Part shown: piece after piece, positions 39,001 to 52,287 of the stretch
Position numbering within the stretch: the stretch's first letter is position 1
Layout of the letters: every line of letters starts with the position of its first letter
Source: Narcine bancroftii
Taxonomy: Eukaryota
Length of the DNA: 64,000 nt
NCBI RefSeq assembly: GCF_036971445.1
Contig: NC_091475.1
Coordinates: 2,976,001-3,040,000 of the forward strand
Reading direction: 5' to 3'
The notes under the pieces: model-generated
Databases searched by the model: none
What the model was told of the DNA's origin: nothing
Seen by the model: the letters and a program-made list of their open reading frames with translations, nothing else
Program-made: the position numbers and the translations under genes

Positions 39001-39749
39001 ACACTAACACACAGTATTTATCATGTTTTAATTCTTCTTGGCTAGTTAGAGAGTTGGATGTAGTCATAATGACACCTATCCATGTCTTTTTTTGACAGTA
39101 ACTTCTTCATCAAGTACGGAGCTAGCTTAGCTTCCATTTGAGCTCATCAGGGCCCCCATATTGACACCATTCTAGTCTTTCTTGATATCCTCTTTGTATG
39201 AATCAAGCAAGCCAAGCCACACAAAGTAACACACCTGAGGAGAGGATCATGTTTGTGGTACATGCACTATTTGCAGCTTGAGGGAGAAGTGGTATATCAA
39301 GAAAAGTATTAGTTAGTAGATGGATACCATGGCAGAGTCTCAAATAATGGTCAAAAATGGAGACCAGTTATAGGCAACTGGCAAATGTACAGAATTCAGT
39401 GGGATTGTATGACTAACACACTAGTTTGGTCTTTCCTATAAGCATAACATGAAAATGTTGGGTTTAGATTTTTTACATTCTCATTGTCTAGGACCTAATT
39501 GACCATTTTATGCTCTTTATTCTTGTATGATGTAACCATCGTCTGTCTTATTGATTTGGATTTTCATCTGTGTTCATGTATTTCACAGGGATACCATACT
39601 AAACTTTTATAAAACATTGGTGGTTCATTTTTAGCCACCTTATTATAAGCATGTGAAGAGGTTCCATAAAGTATTTTTGAAACCGGTTTTGGGAACGATG
39701 GAGTATAATGAAAGAAAACAGAGACTGGAGGGAGATTTTTTTTAAATCT

Positions 39750-39920
39750 GCAGTTTCTGAGGTCTCATGCAGTACGCCAACATTCATGAGAAACTCAGCA
39801 GGTCATGCAGCATCCACAGGGGTGTCTTCCAAAGAAGGGTTCAGGCCCAAAACAACAACAGCCTTTTGCTTTCTATGGATGCTGTACAATCTGCTGAGTT
39901 TATCCAGCACTTTTATTTTC
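39750..39920. mobile_element. Short Penelope-derived inverted-repeat remnant
   Basis: gagaaactcagcaggtcatgcagcatcca ... tggatgctgtacaatctgctgagtttatccagca form an inverted pair related to the ends of 42467-43218. Confidence 0.6.
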
Positions 39921-41149
39921 TGCAAAAGAGGGGTTGGAACTGCTTTCTTTCAGAATTAAGGTTAATGAAATTTCATACAAGTATTTAAAATAATGAGAGG
40001 TCTGAACATCATGTAATGTGAAAGGTTGTTCCTGCTACAATCGTCCAATGAAATTGTGGTAGGAAATGGTGGTGCCATTCAAATTGCCTCTATTGTCTTT
40101 CGTTCAATAGATTGATACGCAATTACTAATTGATGGACCTGCATGGTGGTCTCTAATTCTTGCTACAGTATCACCACCTGTGAGCTCAGCTGAATGTCTG
40201 ACCCACATAGCTTTGTGGATTTGTGTCCAAGGTCTGCTTGGCTAATTTCCCTACTACTCACAGCTCCCTGTTCTGCAGAGACGCTTGGCCAGAGTTCTGC
40301 AGCTGAAGATTAACTTCCTCACTATCCTCAGTCCTATCAGAATTTGTCTCATCTGTGAATTTACTGCTATATTCATGTCCAGACTCCATTCATTGTAAGT
40401 GATTTTCAAACAGCATATCGTAAGTCATCACATGACAGACAGTTCAATAAAATTGAAGCCTATGGTCAATGGGTAAGTGATTCAAGGAAAGAAAGCATAA
40501 ATCAGTCGAGATTAGTAATTTTTCAGTTTTCAACTGCATCCCTCAGTGTTCAGTGGTCATTATTTAGAAGTTAGTGGACCGATGGTTGGTAAATAGTGAA
40601 AAGGCATGTAATGGCCTTCACCAGGATGTATGAAGACTGATAAAGCCTACAGCATTTCATGTAGAAAATCATCGTTTGGATCAAGAGGCAAAGCAATCAA
40701 ATGGTAATGTTTTTAAATTGTTGCAGGATGCCCACATTGTTTGGTGGATGTTGAAAAGACTTTGGGCGGGGGGTAGGGGGGTGGGTTCTTTGATGAAGAA
40801 ATGGATGCTGAGGAGATAGCAAAAAAGCATATTCAGCATTAAACATCAGAGGAGGTTATGCTGACTCTGTGTAAAATAGGCACTGCCTCAAAAACAGTCT
40901 ACCCTATCGAAGGAAAGATCTCATTTGAAGAGAAAAATGTTCAAGCTATGTAATGCAGGTCAGAGCTGTTGCAAAAACTTGAAATGAAAAGAGAATTCTG
41001 GAACCACTCAGCAATTCAGGCAGTCATTGCGGAGAGAAAATAGTGTTAATATTTCAAATCGGATGGACATTCTTGCATTTAAACAGAAATAATTTGGCTG
41101 TTTTTGAATTCAGCATTGAGTCCCAAAGGATGCAGTTGTGCCCGGATGG

Positions 41150-41760
41150 AAGATGAAGAGCTGCTCTTCAAGGTTTCATTTGAATGCAGCAGCTCATCTA
41201 CCATCTTGGTGATGTATTTCTAGGTCAGTTTGGTCTGTGAGTTCAAAGGAAACTCTCAAACCTTGTCCTTCAAGGTGGTGGATAGTGTTGGAAGGTGCTG
41301 TTGAAGTAATCTTGGTGAAGAACCAGTAGATTTGTAAATGGTGTAAATTGCCACCAATAAATGTCAGAGTGGAAAATAGTGAATGTTTTGTGTGGGGAAT
41401 TGTTGCTGATCAAATATGCTTTTTATTGGATAATATAGTTGCTTAAGTAACTTTGACATCCATGCAAGTGAGAATACTTAATCATACTCTTTGCTGCTGT
41501 CTAGAACTTTATAAAGTCAAAGTTCATTGCCCTCTCCTGAATACTTGGCTTCTTACCTACACATTACAGGGGTCTTTACATAGATGTCCAGTTTCTAGTA
41601 AATGAGACACTGGGATGGTGATGAAAATGGAGATTTAGTCTTGTTGAAAACTGGCATCGTCTGGCACTAATATTAGTTATTAGCCTGACTCTGACTGTTG
41701 TTTCAGTCTTACTGCTACAACTACCAGACACCTTTCTTGGTAAGATTCCAGCTTGTAATG
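41150..41760 (-). mobile_element. Ancient degraded LINE (CR1/L2-group) RT remnant
   Basis: Degenerate similarity by eye to the reverse strand of a widespread elasmobranch LINE. No intact ORF. Confidence 0.45.
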
Positions 41761-42466
41761 TGATTTAATCCAAACATATATTGGTCAATCTTACTGTGGT
41801 TGGCCGAGTCTGAAGTCTATTATTTCAGTTCCTGAACAGTAGTGAATGAAAAAGATCTCCAATCCAATAATAAGTCGAAATACATCAGTTCTCCTTTCCT
41901 TGTATTGCTAAAGACATTTATTTAAAATGAATTTTGCAGTTATTTTAATAAAGTAATTCTGATTTTATTTAATAGAAGGATTAAGGTGATGTTATGTACT
42001 GTAAGCAGGAAGCTCAATAGATTCCTGAGGTGACCAATTTGTTTTTGAACCTTTTTTCTTAAGAACGTGGTTTCTCAGAAATTGAATTCAGCACAGACAT
42101 TCATTTTGAAGCTTCGAACTTGGCAAAAAAGGAAGGAGTAACCAGTGGCAGGTGATATTCAGAATTACTAATATAAACAGAAATCACAAATCCCTGAGTT
42201 TATATTAAATTATTCTGTTTCTCTGAGCAAAACTGTAACACATCAACCGGTTACAAAGGAATAAAAAAAATAAAACTTTACAGATTTCAACTTAAAATAT
42301 GGTTCATACAGAAAGAAATAAGGCCAGGATCTCTAAACATTAAAGTAAGTTTCAAAGAATGTAAACCTTTAACCTCCAGATTCATATAATCAAATTACTT
42401 ATAATTTATTCAATGTGACTTTTAATCAATATAGTTATATTTACTTCTGGGCCATAAGTGTTGGAG

Positions 42467-43218
42467 TAAAAACACATCAAAATGCTGGAGGAACACAGCT
42501 GGTCTTTTCAGCGCCCATAAAAAGCAAAGATATATTGCCAAGGTTTCGGGTCTGAGCTCTTCTTCAAGGAATAAGCACAGAAGCAGGAAATCTAAGCATT
42601 CAGACAGTGCCGGCTGGAGGAGGAATCCAGACCAACAAAAAGTGTAAAATGGACATGATAAGGGACGAGGTGAGAATTTATTATGTCTTTGCGAAAGGAG
42701 ACAGGGAAGACAGAGGTGGGGGAAGGTAACGGTGGGGGGAAGAAGTTCGGGGGGGGGGGGGTGTGGTTTAACAAAAGCCAGAGAAATCTATATCAATGCC
42801 ATCCGGTTGGAGGGTGCCCAATCGGAAGGTGAGATGTTGTTCCTCTAATTTGAGGGTGGTCTCAATCTGGCAGTTAATATCCACTTCTCTGGTTTTTGTT
42901 ATCCCTGCCCACAATTCTTCCCCCTGTCGCCTTCCCCTAGCTCTATCTCTCCCTTCTCTGTCTCCTTTCATCCCTTATCATATCCAATTAACACCTTTTG
43001 TTGGTCTGGATTCCTTCCCAAGCTGGCACTCTCTGAATTCTGAGACTTTTTGAGATTCCCTGTTTCTTATTTTACTTATTTCTCGAAGAAAGGCTCAGGC
43101 TTGAAACCTCAGCAATATATCGTTGTTTTCTATGGATGCTGAAAAGATCAGCCAAGTTCCTCCAGAATTATAGTTTGTTTTTACTACAATCACAGCATTT
43201 GCAGACTTTTGAGTTTCA
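42467..43218 (-). mobile_element. Penelope-like element fragment with inverted terminal structure
   Basis: GIY-YIG endonuclease C-terminus LKLEEQHLTFRLGTLQPDGIDIDFSGF (42768-42971). Left and right arms are reverse complements. 14-bp TSD cataagtgttggag (42453-42466 / 43219-43232). Confidence 0.88.
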
Positions 43219-44329
43219 CATAAGTGTTGGAGGCCAGAAATGTCCACAGATGGATAGATTAACATTGAAACATAGCAAACAATTGGAAATAGATTTCCAC
43301 GAACGTTACAAGAGGAGATAAAACCATACAGGTAGTTTTGATGCTCGATTAAATAAGGCTATGAAAAATAAAGATGCCATATTATTAAAGTGTTCACTAT
43401 AATTGGTTTCTAAAGACTTGGTAGTGGAGAGCAGAGAGTGCCATGTTTCTTGGAGTCCACATAACAAGTGACCTATCCTGGACACACATCTGCTCACTTG
43501 TCAGGAGGGCACAACAGAGACTGCCCTTCCTGAGAAGGCTGCGGTGGGCCAGGTTATCAGCCACACTAATGCATGTGCTTGTAGCGCTTTAGTCAGATCC
43601 ATGACGCAGAGGTGCAAAAGGTATTGGAATCTCTCTTCAACAGCGCCCTTCTGAGGTCTCCTGTTTGGCCTAATGGTAGCGCCAGCCCTGGCTTTAGCTA
43701 CTATAGTTGTATAAAAGAACCCGTTTCTTTATTACAATAAAATAAACATCACAACCTCTACACCCATATCCTCCACATTTACCTCAGTACCCTTGGCTCC
43801 TGTATGGATGCTTGTTCAGTTCTGAAAATTGTCAATTAAGTTTAAATAAATATATATGAGTACCAAATTTTACATGTACTGCAAGATGATCAATTCTTAC
43901 ATTTCCAAGGTTTTTAATAACACTGAACTAAATAAGAATCTCTATAATGATGAGGATGTAAAGATGCTTCATAATGATATTGACTGGCTAAGCAAGGGGA
44001 CAAGAAAATGGAAGATGAAATACAATGTGAAAAAATGTGGTCATCTGCTTTAAAAAATACTCAGCATTTGTCTTGGTTATCAAAGGGTGAGAGGCTCAGA
44101 AATATTGATGTTCAAAGGGACTTGGGTGTCCTTATGTATGTGTTGTTGAAAGCTAACAGGACTTTTATTGTCATGTTAAGATGCAGTGAAAAACTTGGTG
44201 CTGCCTGCTATCTAGACAAGTTAATGCACATCTAATACAATTGATTGTGCAAGAATAGAAACATATGTTCAGGGTATAATGTTCATGAGAAAGTACAGTT
44301 AAACAGCACTAGGCATCATGTTTTACTAA

Positions 44330-46590
44330 TAGTAAGTCCTTTCCGAGGCAAGTATGACTAGGTTAGAGCACATTAACTCGTGGCTGAACATTTGGTGCAG
44401 AAGGGAGGGTTTGCAATTTATAAACAATTGGGATCTCTCCTGGATAGAGATGATTTGTACAAGAGACATAGGTTACACTTGAATCAGAGCCAGACCAATA
44501 TTCTCACAGGGAGATTTGGCAGATTCACCCAAGAGGCTTTAAATGAGTCTGGCAGGAGTTGGGATCCATGGCGTTGAGGGATCCTGAAAAGGTTAAGGAT
44601 AGCGAGGAAAGAAAATGAAATGTTTTGATTCAGAATGAGATGGTGGAGACCACGTGTTGAGGTAGGACAGGTAAACTTTGTTCTGTTTACTGTTTATTTT
44701 AAAGCAAGAAGCCTGATGGGTAAAGTGGACATGCTTAAGCCATGGATAGGTACATTACTCTGGGATGTTGTAGCCATAACAGAGATGAGGTTGAAAGAGG
44801 ATTATGACTGGAAGCTCACAGTAGTCTTTAAAAAGGATATTGCTGGTACTATCATTTGAAGAAGCTTGGATAGAAATCAGGAAACAAAAAGTCATCTTGA
44901 TGGATATATACTATAGGAAGCTAGAAGACGTGTAGAGAGAGTCTTGTAAAAATAAATAAATAGATTGATAAAAGGGACAGAGCTGTTATTGAAGGTGATT
45001 TCAACTTTCCAAAGACTGACTGGTAATGGCACATTGTAGTTAAACACATCCAGAACTTTCTTCAGCAAAACATGGCTAGGCTTACCAGGGAAGAGGCAAC
45101 ATTTGACCTTGTACTGGGGAATGAAGCTCATCAAGTGAATCGGGTAGTCAATATGGGAACACTTTGGGACCAGTAACCACAATTTTATCTGCTTTAAGAT
45201 AGTTATGATTAAGGACAACACTGGTCCTCACCATAATTAAAGAGGATTTAGCAATAGTTGACTTTGGCAAAGCTGCCAAATAGAAGGCATTAGAGTGTGA
45301 TAAGAACAGTCCAGGATGTTTCAAGCGGGGTAAATTACATGAATGGCAAAGTAAAGGAAGTCTGATTAATGAAAGATGCAGAGGCATAGATCAGAAAGAA
45401 AAAGGAGGCTTATATCAGATACAGGCAGACAGGTTCAAGAAAATCTCTTGAAAAGTATAGGAATGTGGAAGTAGAGTGCAGATAGAAATAAGAGATAAAA
45501 GGTTTTGAGAAAGTGTTGGCAGATAGTGTAAGAGAATCCAAAAAGTTTTGTGTATATTTAAAAACAAAGGGGCATTGAGGGAAAGATTAAGAATCAAGAG
45601 TAGCATCTATGCTGTATGATTTGGGGAAGATCTTAAATGATTATTTTCTGAATGTGTTTACTGTGGAGAAGAAGCAGGAGTGGGTGGTGACAGAGGTAAC
45701 GAAAGATAGTTTAGGGCATGTTAGCAGACCTGGATCATCTCAAGCTGGATAAATCTCCAGTTCCAGGTCAGGTTCATCCCAGAACATTATGAAATGGAAG
45801 GAAGGAGATTGCTGGGGCCTTTCCAGATGTTTGGTGAGGACAGATGTTCTGGAGTACTGGAGGTTGTCAAATGGGGTGCTGTTTTTAAAAAAAATAGTTT
45901 CAAGAATAATCTGAATGGTAGGGAAACAGCAAAAAAAGATACTGATAAAACCTATCAACATTTGCATGGAGGGGGGAGAACCAGAATGGAGTTTATGCAT
46001 GGGAAATTATGTCTTACAAAAGAGAGAAGTTTTTAAAAAAGACTAGGCCAAATTAGTCAATGTTATTTAAATGGATTTTAGGTGTGTACAGTTAGGGCAT
46101 ATTGGAAAGGAGGCTAACAAGCAACTGGATAAAAATGGACTTAGTGATAGGAGTCCAAGAGTGGTTGAAGAGGGCAGTTTTTCAAACTGTGGCCAGTGAA
46201 GTGTCTCAGAGTTCTATTGGACAAGAATGTTTCTTGCAAGATAGATTTCCTGATGACACAAAAAAAAGTGCTACAGTGGACAGTTAAGAATGCTACTCGA
46301 GTTTACAATGGGGTCTGGGTTAGAGGAAGATGCAATTCGGAATGATTTGGCAGGGATATGAAGGGACAGTTCTTCACTCAGGGTGGTGGCCATATGGAAG
46401 GAGCTGTCAACATGGCAGAGGCAGGTGTATTAGCTTCTTTAAAAAAAAAACACAGATAACTACGTGAATAGGAGGGGATTGAAGGATTATGAGCCTAATG
46501 TGGGCAAGTGGGACTAAAGCAGGATGTATATTCTACAGCATGGACAAGCTGGGCATATGTGAATGTTTCTATACTGTAAGACTATTCTGT
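44330..46590 (+). mobile_element. Decayed CR1 LINE (ORF1 esterase-like end + ORF2 remnants), splitting an older CR1 (43950-44160 / 46610-46900)
   Basis: ORF 44380-44577 (LYKRHRLHLNQSQTNILTGRF) and ORF 44635-44859 (YFKARSL...WDVVAITE). CR1 3' tail at about 46590. Confidence 0.75.
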
Positions 46591-47366
46591 TCTATATTCT
46601 TTCAAGAATCTGATAACAGCAGGCAGCACACAATTAGGAAAGCAAACAGTATGTTGGTCTTTATTTCTAGAGGATTTGAGTGCAAGAATAAAAATGTCTT
46701 ACTCTAATTGAGCCTTGTTGAGTCAGCACTTGGAATATTGCTTTGATTTTGGACTCATAATCTAAAAAGGGTGCTTGATATACAGGGAATGAAGATTCAT
46801 TAGTCTTGTTCCTGGGATGGCAGTCTGACATACAAGGAGAGATTGAGTAAGCTTAGTCTTCATTGTCTGGAGTTTAGAAGAATAAGGGTTAACCTCAATG
46901 AATCATCTAACAATTTAGAGATCTCTACATTTCTCACAGGTTCCATGAGAAATAGTCATCGTGGAGCTAGATCAGTAATCAACTGAGAGATTACTGATGT
47001 CAGGAATGCTGCACATTGTTAAAGGAGTAGCCAGTGCTCCATCCATGCTCAGTCAGGTTTGTACCTATTCTGAAACTGCTGGGCTATGTTTGTCTTCCAT
47101 TATTAAACAAATGCTGAAATCTTTGACATTTGGAAGGGGGTAGGTTCAAAACAAATGACAACATAGAATGCCCACCACATAATAAACATACCTTGTTTCC
47201 AAAAGTGACAGTCAATTATGTTTCATTTGCTATAAAGGCAACAGGGTTGGAGAAAGAATTAACTCTGACTTTAAGTTAGGATGCATTTGGGTAGATGGTA
47301 TTTTAATATTCACAGATAATTATTCAAAAGAATAGAACATTTTCACAGCGAAACAGTGTGCTAACA

Positions 47367-50300
47367 TGTTATGGCGGCTCACCACTAGGCCACACGGCGG
47401 GGAAGCTGACCAAGATGGCGCCATTGGGGGTGTTCCCTTCCTCCCAGCACGAGGCTCAGAAGGCCACGTGACGTCAGCGTGCGTCTCAGCCAGGTCTGGG
47501 CTGGGAGTATAAGTACAGTCTAGCAGCCTGCAATAGACCAGTCTGCTCACTGAGCTCAACCCGTCTGGTTGTGTGTGTTATTACAGGAGCAGAGTCGCTG
47601 CCGCTACAATTGGTGACCCCGAATGGTTCAAATGTCTTTGAACCCATCATGAGCGAGCCTGGGATCAGCGCTATAGCCGTGAAACTGTCCGAATTCTGGG
47701 TTCAGGAGCCAGACATGGATTGGCCACGTGGAGGCTCAGTTTAACCTCTGCCAGATTTCGTCTGACATGACCAAATTCTACCATGTGGTCGCTGCCCTGG
47801 ACCAGGCCACCACCAGATGCATGCTGCACCTCGTTCAGCACCCACCCGCCAAAGACAAATACGAGACCATCAAGCAAGTGCTTACTGGATCCCTCGGACA
47901 ATCCAGACACCAGCATGCCGCTCGGATGCTGCACCTCGACGCCCTGGGGGACAGGTCCCCGATGAAGCTGATGGACAAGATATTCACGCACACCAACTGC
48001 CCACTCTTCGAGCGCATTTTCCTCGACCGTATGCCCGGGGACATCTGGCCACTGCTGATCCAGGAGAGCTTCACCGACCTGAGGAAGGTTGCCCAGAAAG
48101 CTCAGGAGCTATGGCTCGCATGATTCCCGGAGGGCTCAGCAGGTCACAAGGCATGAGCATGACCACACCAAGCCCGGCCCTATCATGGCAGTAGAGCATT
48201 TGGCCCCTGCAGGGGAACCCAAGAGCATAACCAAGGCCACAGCATCCGATCCAGGCCTCTGCTTCTACCACCAGTGCTGGGGAGCCAAGGCTCGGAAGTG
48301 TTGTCAGCCCTGCTCGTTCCAGGGAAATGACCAGGCCAGCCGCTGTTAATGGCTGCAGTGGCTGGCCAAGGACACAGCCTCCACAATCAGCGGCCGGAGG
48401 TTCTTGACACTGGAGCCCAGATCAGCGTCATCCTGGCCACGACCGTCAGATCCAGGAACCGACCTCATCAACCTCCCCTTCGTGCGGCCAATGCAACAGA
48501 AATCCGGTCGTATGGAGACAAGACAATCCATTTCCAGATTGGCCAACAAAATTTCGTGTGGAGGTTCACCGTCTCGTCCCTCCCGACTGCCATCTTGGGT
48601 GCAGACTTCCTCCTTGCACACGGGCTTCTGGTAGACATTCGAGGTAGGCGCCTGGTGGACTCCCATACCTTCCAGGCCATTCGCCTCGACACCTCCCACT
48701 TGGAGCAACCGCAGATGGCCACGATCAGCATGCCCAGAGATGAGTTCCAGTGAATCCTGGACATGTTTCCGACACTCCTCAAGCCACAGTTCTCTGCTGC
48801 CTCACTGCACAATGGGGTGTTCCACCACATTCCCAGTCAGGGCCCACCAGTTCATGCCTGCTCCTGCCTGACAAGCTCCAGGTGGTGGAGGAGGAGTTTT
48901 CGCACATGTTGGACTGGGGATCATTCAGCCGTCTGACAGCTCATGGGCTTCGCCGCTCCACCTGGTCCTGAAAGCTTCCAGTGGCTGGCGTCCCTGAGGA
49001 GACTATCGACGGCTCAATGAGGCAACATTTCCTGACTGTTACCCCATCCCTCACATCCAAGACTTTACGGCCAACCTGCACAGTGTGAGGGTTTTCTCCA
49101 AGATTGACCTGGTGCACAGATATCACCAGATCTTGGTGCACCATGAGGACATACTCAAGACCCATCATCACCCCCTTTGGCTTGTTCGAATTTCTGCGCA
49201 TGATGTTTGGGCTCAAGAACGCTGCTCAAACCTTCCTGTGCCTCATGGACTCTGTGGGCAGGGACTTGGATTTCATCTTTATTTATTTGGATGACATCCT
49301 CATCGCCAGCAAGGACCAGGCACAACACAAGGCCCACCTACATGCCCTCTTCTCCCGACTGGCCGATTTCGGCCTTATCATCAACGCGGCCAAGTGCCAG
49401 TTCGGGAAAGAGTCCATGCAGTTCCTGGGCCATACCATTAGGGCTGAAGGAGCTACGCCCACTGCTCCGAAGGTCACCACTATCAGGGAGTTCCCACACT
49501 CGGACAGCCTCAAGGGACTTCAGGAGTTCATGGGTATGGTCAACTTTTACAACCGCTTCATCCCGGGAGCTGCGCGCATTATGCAGCCGCTATTCGCCCT
49601 CATCGCAGCCAAGCACAAGACACTCGCTTGGAACCCAGAAGCCTGCACCGCATTCGAGGCCACCAAGGATGTCCTCGCGATGGCCACCATGCTCGCCCAC
49701 CTGCACATAGACCTGCGACCTGCATATGGTGCTCTCTGTCGATGCCTCTGCCACAGCCATCAATGCTGTCCTGGAGCAGCAGGTGAATGGACATTGGAAG
49801 CTACTGGCATTCTTCAGCCACCTGTTCGTCCATGCCGGGATGCAAGTATAGTGCCTTCGACCGCGAGTTACTGGGCATGTACCTGGCGGTACGGCATTTC
49901 TGGTATTTTTTGGAGGGGAGGACTTTTACCATCTTCACTGACCACAAACCCCCTCACCCAGGTGCTCGTGATGGCAAAGGATCCCTGGTCGGCCCGCCAG
50001 CAGCGTCACCTCTCCTTCGTGTCAGAGTTTACCACCGACATTCAGTACAAGGCGGGGAAGGACAATGTGGTTGCCAATGGACTCTCACGACCAGCCATCT
50101 GCGTGCTGACACCTGGCCTCGACTTTGACCAGTTCGCCCAGGACCAGAAGTCTGATGAGGAGACGAGGGCCTTCAAGACCATCATCATGGGCCTGCGGTT
50201 CCGAGACCTCCTGACTCCAAGCGGCGAAGGCATCATCCTGTGCGATATCTCCATGGGCACCCCATGACCAGTGGTTCCCCAGCATTGGTGCAGGCAGGTC

Positions 50301-51658
50301 TTCCGTCACATCCATGCCCTTTCACATCTGACCATCAGGTCCACAGTCCAGATGGTGGCAGAATGGTTCATCTGGCATGGGCTGTGGAAGCAGATCGTGG
50401 GCTGGGCCAGAACATGCACCCATTGCCAGACATCCACGATGCACAGGCACACCAGGGCGCCTGTACAGGAGTTCGAGCACGTCCGGGTACGGTTCAGCCA
50501 CATTCACGTGGACATCGTCGGGCCCTTACCTATTTCCTGGGGCAACCGTTACCTGTTATCGATGGTGGACCACACCACTTCCTGGCCTGAGGCGATTCCC
50601 GATGCCAGACGCCTCCACCGACTCCAGCTCCCGAGCACTTTTGCATGGTTGAGTCACCCAGTTCGGCATTCCAGGTCACCTCAACAGCGATCGTGGAGCC
50701 CAGTTCACATCTGCGCTCTGGGCACAGCTCCCCAAAAGGTTGGGGATCCAGCTACACCACACCACGGCCTACCACCCGCTGGTTGAATGTCTGCCTCGCC
50801 ACCTTAAGTCGGCACTCATGGCTTCCCTCACCAGTCCAGATTGGGTGGATGAACTGCCTTGGATGCTCCAGGGCATCCGCTCCACTCCCAAGGAAGATCT
50901 GTAGGCGTCATCTGCTGACCTGATCTACGGTGTGCCGCTGGCACTACCTGGTGAGTTCGTCAACGCACCTCACGATCCCCAGTGGTCACCGTACGAACTA
51001 CTTCCTCACCTCAGGGCATGCTTGGACTCGTTCGAACCCCCACTGCCGCCAAAGCATGGCACCTGTCTGTCTCATGTTCCCGGCGAACTGCTTTCCGCGG
51101 AGTACATTTTCGTTTGGCAGAGCCTGACTGCGGCACCTCTGGAGTGACAGTACGAGGGGCCGTAGAGGGTTCTACAGCGTTCCAGCTCCACATTCACAGT
51201 GGACATTGGTGGCAGGCAGGAGCTGTTTACCATGGACAGGCTGAAGCTAGCACACCTCGATCCCACTGAGCCAATGGTTGTAGCCCAGCCCAAGAAGCGA
51301 GCCCCGTCCAGCAAAAAAAGACATTGGCGCCAGTTCTGGGGGGGGGGGGGGGGGGTCGGGGCTGTGAGGCAGCTCACCACTAGAGAGGCGAACCGGCCAC
51401 GCTTGAAAGCCATGCAGCGGGGCAGCTGGCCAAAATGGTGCCTTCGGAGATGTTCCCTTCCAGCATGGGGCACAGAAGCCCGCGTTAGGAGACCACGTGA
51501 TGCCTGGGTGATATCAGCACCCTCCAGCGCAGTTCTCAGCCAGGTCCGGGCTGGGAGTATAAGTACAGCTCAGCAGCCTGCAATAAACCAGTCTGCTCAC
51601 TGAGCTCAACCCGTCTGGTTGTGTGTGTTATTACAGGAGCAGAGGAGCTGCCGCTACA
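47367..51658 (+). mobile_element. Full-length decayed Ty3/Gypsy LTR retrotransposon with tRNA-Trp PBS
   Basis: LTRs 47367-47608 and 51363-51658, PBS TGGTGACCCCGA at 47611-47622, poly-G PPT at about 51338-51355. Domains: gag (EAQF; CFYHQCWGAKARKC), protease LDTGAQ, RT YLDD, RNase H, integrase (HVDIVGPLP). Confidence 0.96.
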
Positions 51659-52183
51659 TGTGTCATGTTTTTGTAGAATAGGCAAGGCCTAATTTTATAA
51701 AGGATAAGAACTGTATCTGCCAAACTATGGAATAGTTATTTGGTGATGGCAAGTGCATAAATGAATGCACCAAAAGCACGAAGGATGATCGGGCAACATC
51801 AGATATTGTGGAGGATGAATGGACACATTATGGATAGGAAAAGACCAGTTAGTTTGGCAGGCTGGTACAACACTATAATGGAAAGCACTTTAACACTAAT
51901 TTTTGCTTTTGTCCTTTTTAAAAAAAATGCCAATATTTATTTAATTTTATCTTTCAATATTATGTCTTCCTTCACAATCACCAATTCTATCACAATCGGC
52001 TGATTAAACTAAGTGTTGAATCAAAAATATCAACTGAATCATCATGTTCACCAATGAATTTCCAATATTGTTATGAAATATGTTGAAATTCGGATAAGGA
52101 ACACGGTGCGCGGGGATAATTGGTAATACATTAAATACTGATTGAAAAAGTGGTTGACTAGCCTTTGTTTTCAATTTTGATAG

Positions 52184-52287
52184 ATGCTGACAGTATGAGC
52201 CTAAGCGATCCTAAACTATGTTATATACTCGATGGAATTCTCTTTGTATATGGAATTATAATAACTGCTCTCTACCTCAGACTAAGG
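52184..52287 (+). CDS. CD247: CD3 zeta exon (mammalian exon 2 equivalent): short ectodomain + transmembrane helix
   Basis: tag|AT...AGG|gtaagt, 104 bp, phase 1 to 0. Translates [35 protein letters not shown] versus human [29 protein letters not shown]. Dimerising Cys and TM Asp conserved. Confidence 0.96.

Noticed and set aside
41621-41739. Possible CD247 signal-peptide exon (KWRFSLVENWHRLALILVISLTLTVVSVLLLQLPDTFL, phase-1 donor gtaaga), reminiscent of human MKWK...LQAQLP
   Set aside because: The ATG is out of frame by one base (atgaaaatgg), the leader would be twice the expected length, and the segment lies in what appears to be a degraded antisense LINE. Revisit only if raw reads show one fewer A or RNA-seq supports it.
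52184-52287. Alternative call as FCER1G or DAP12
   Set aside because: The DPKLCY..DGIL motif and the downstream multi-ITAM exons, including RRGKG..IYQ, match zeta.
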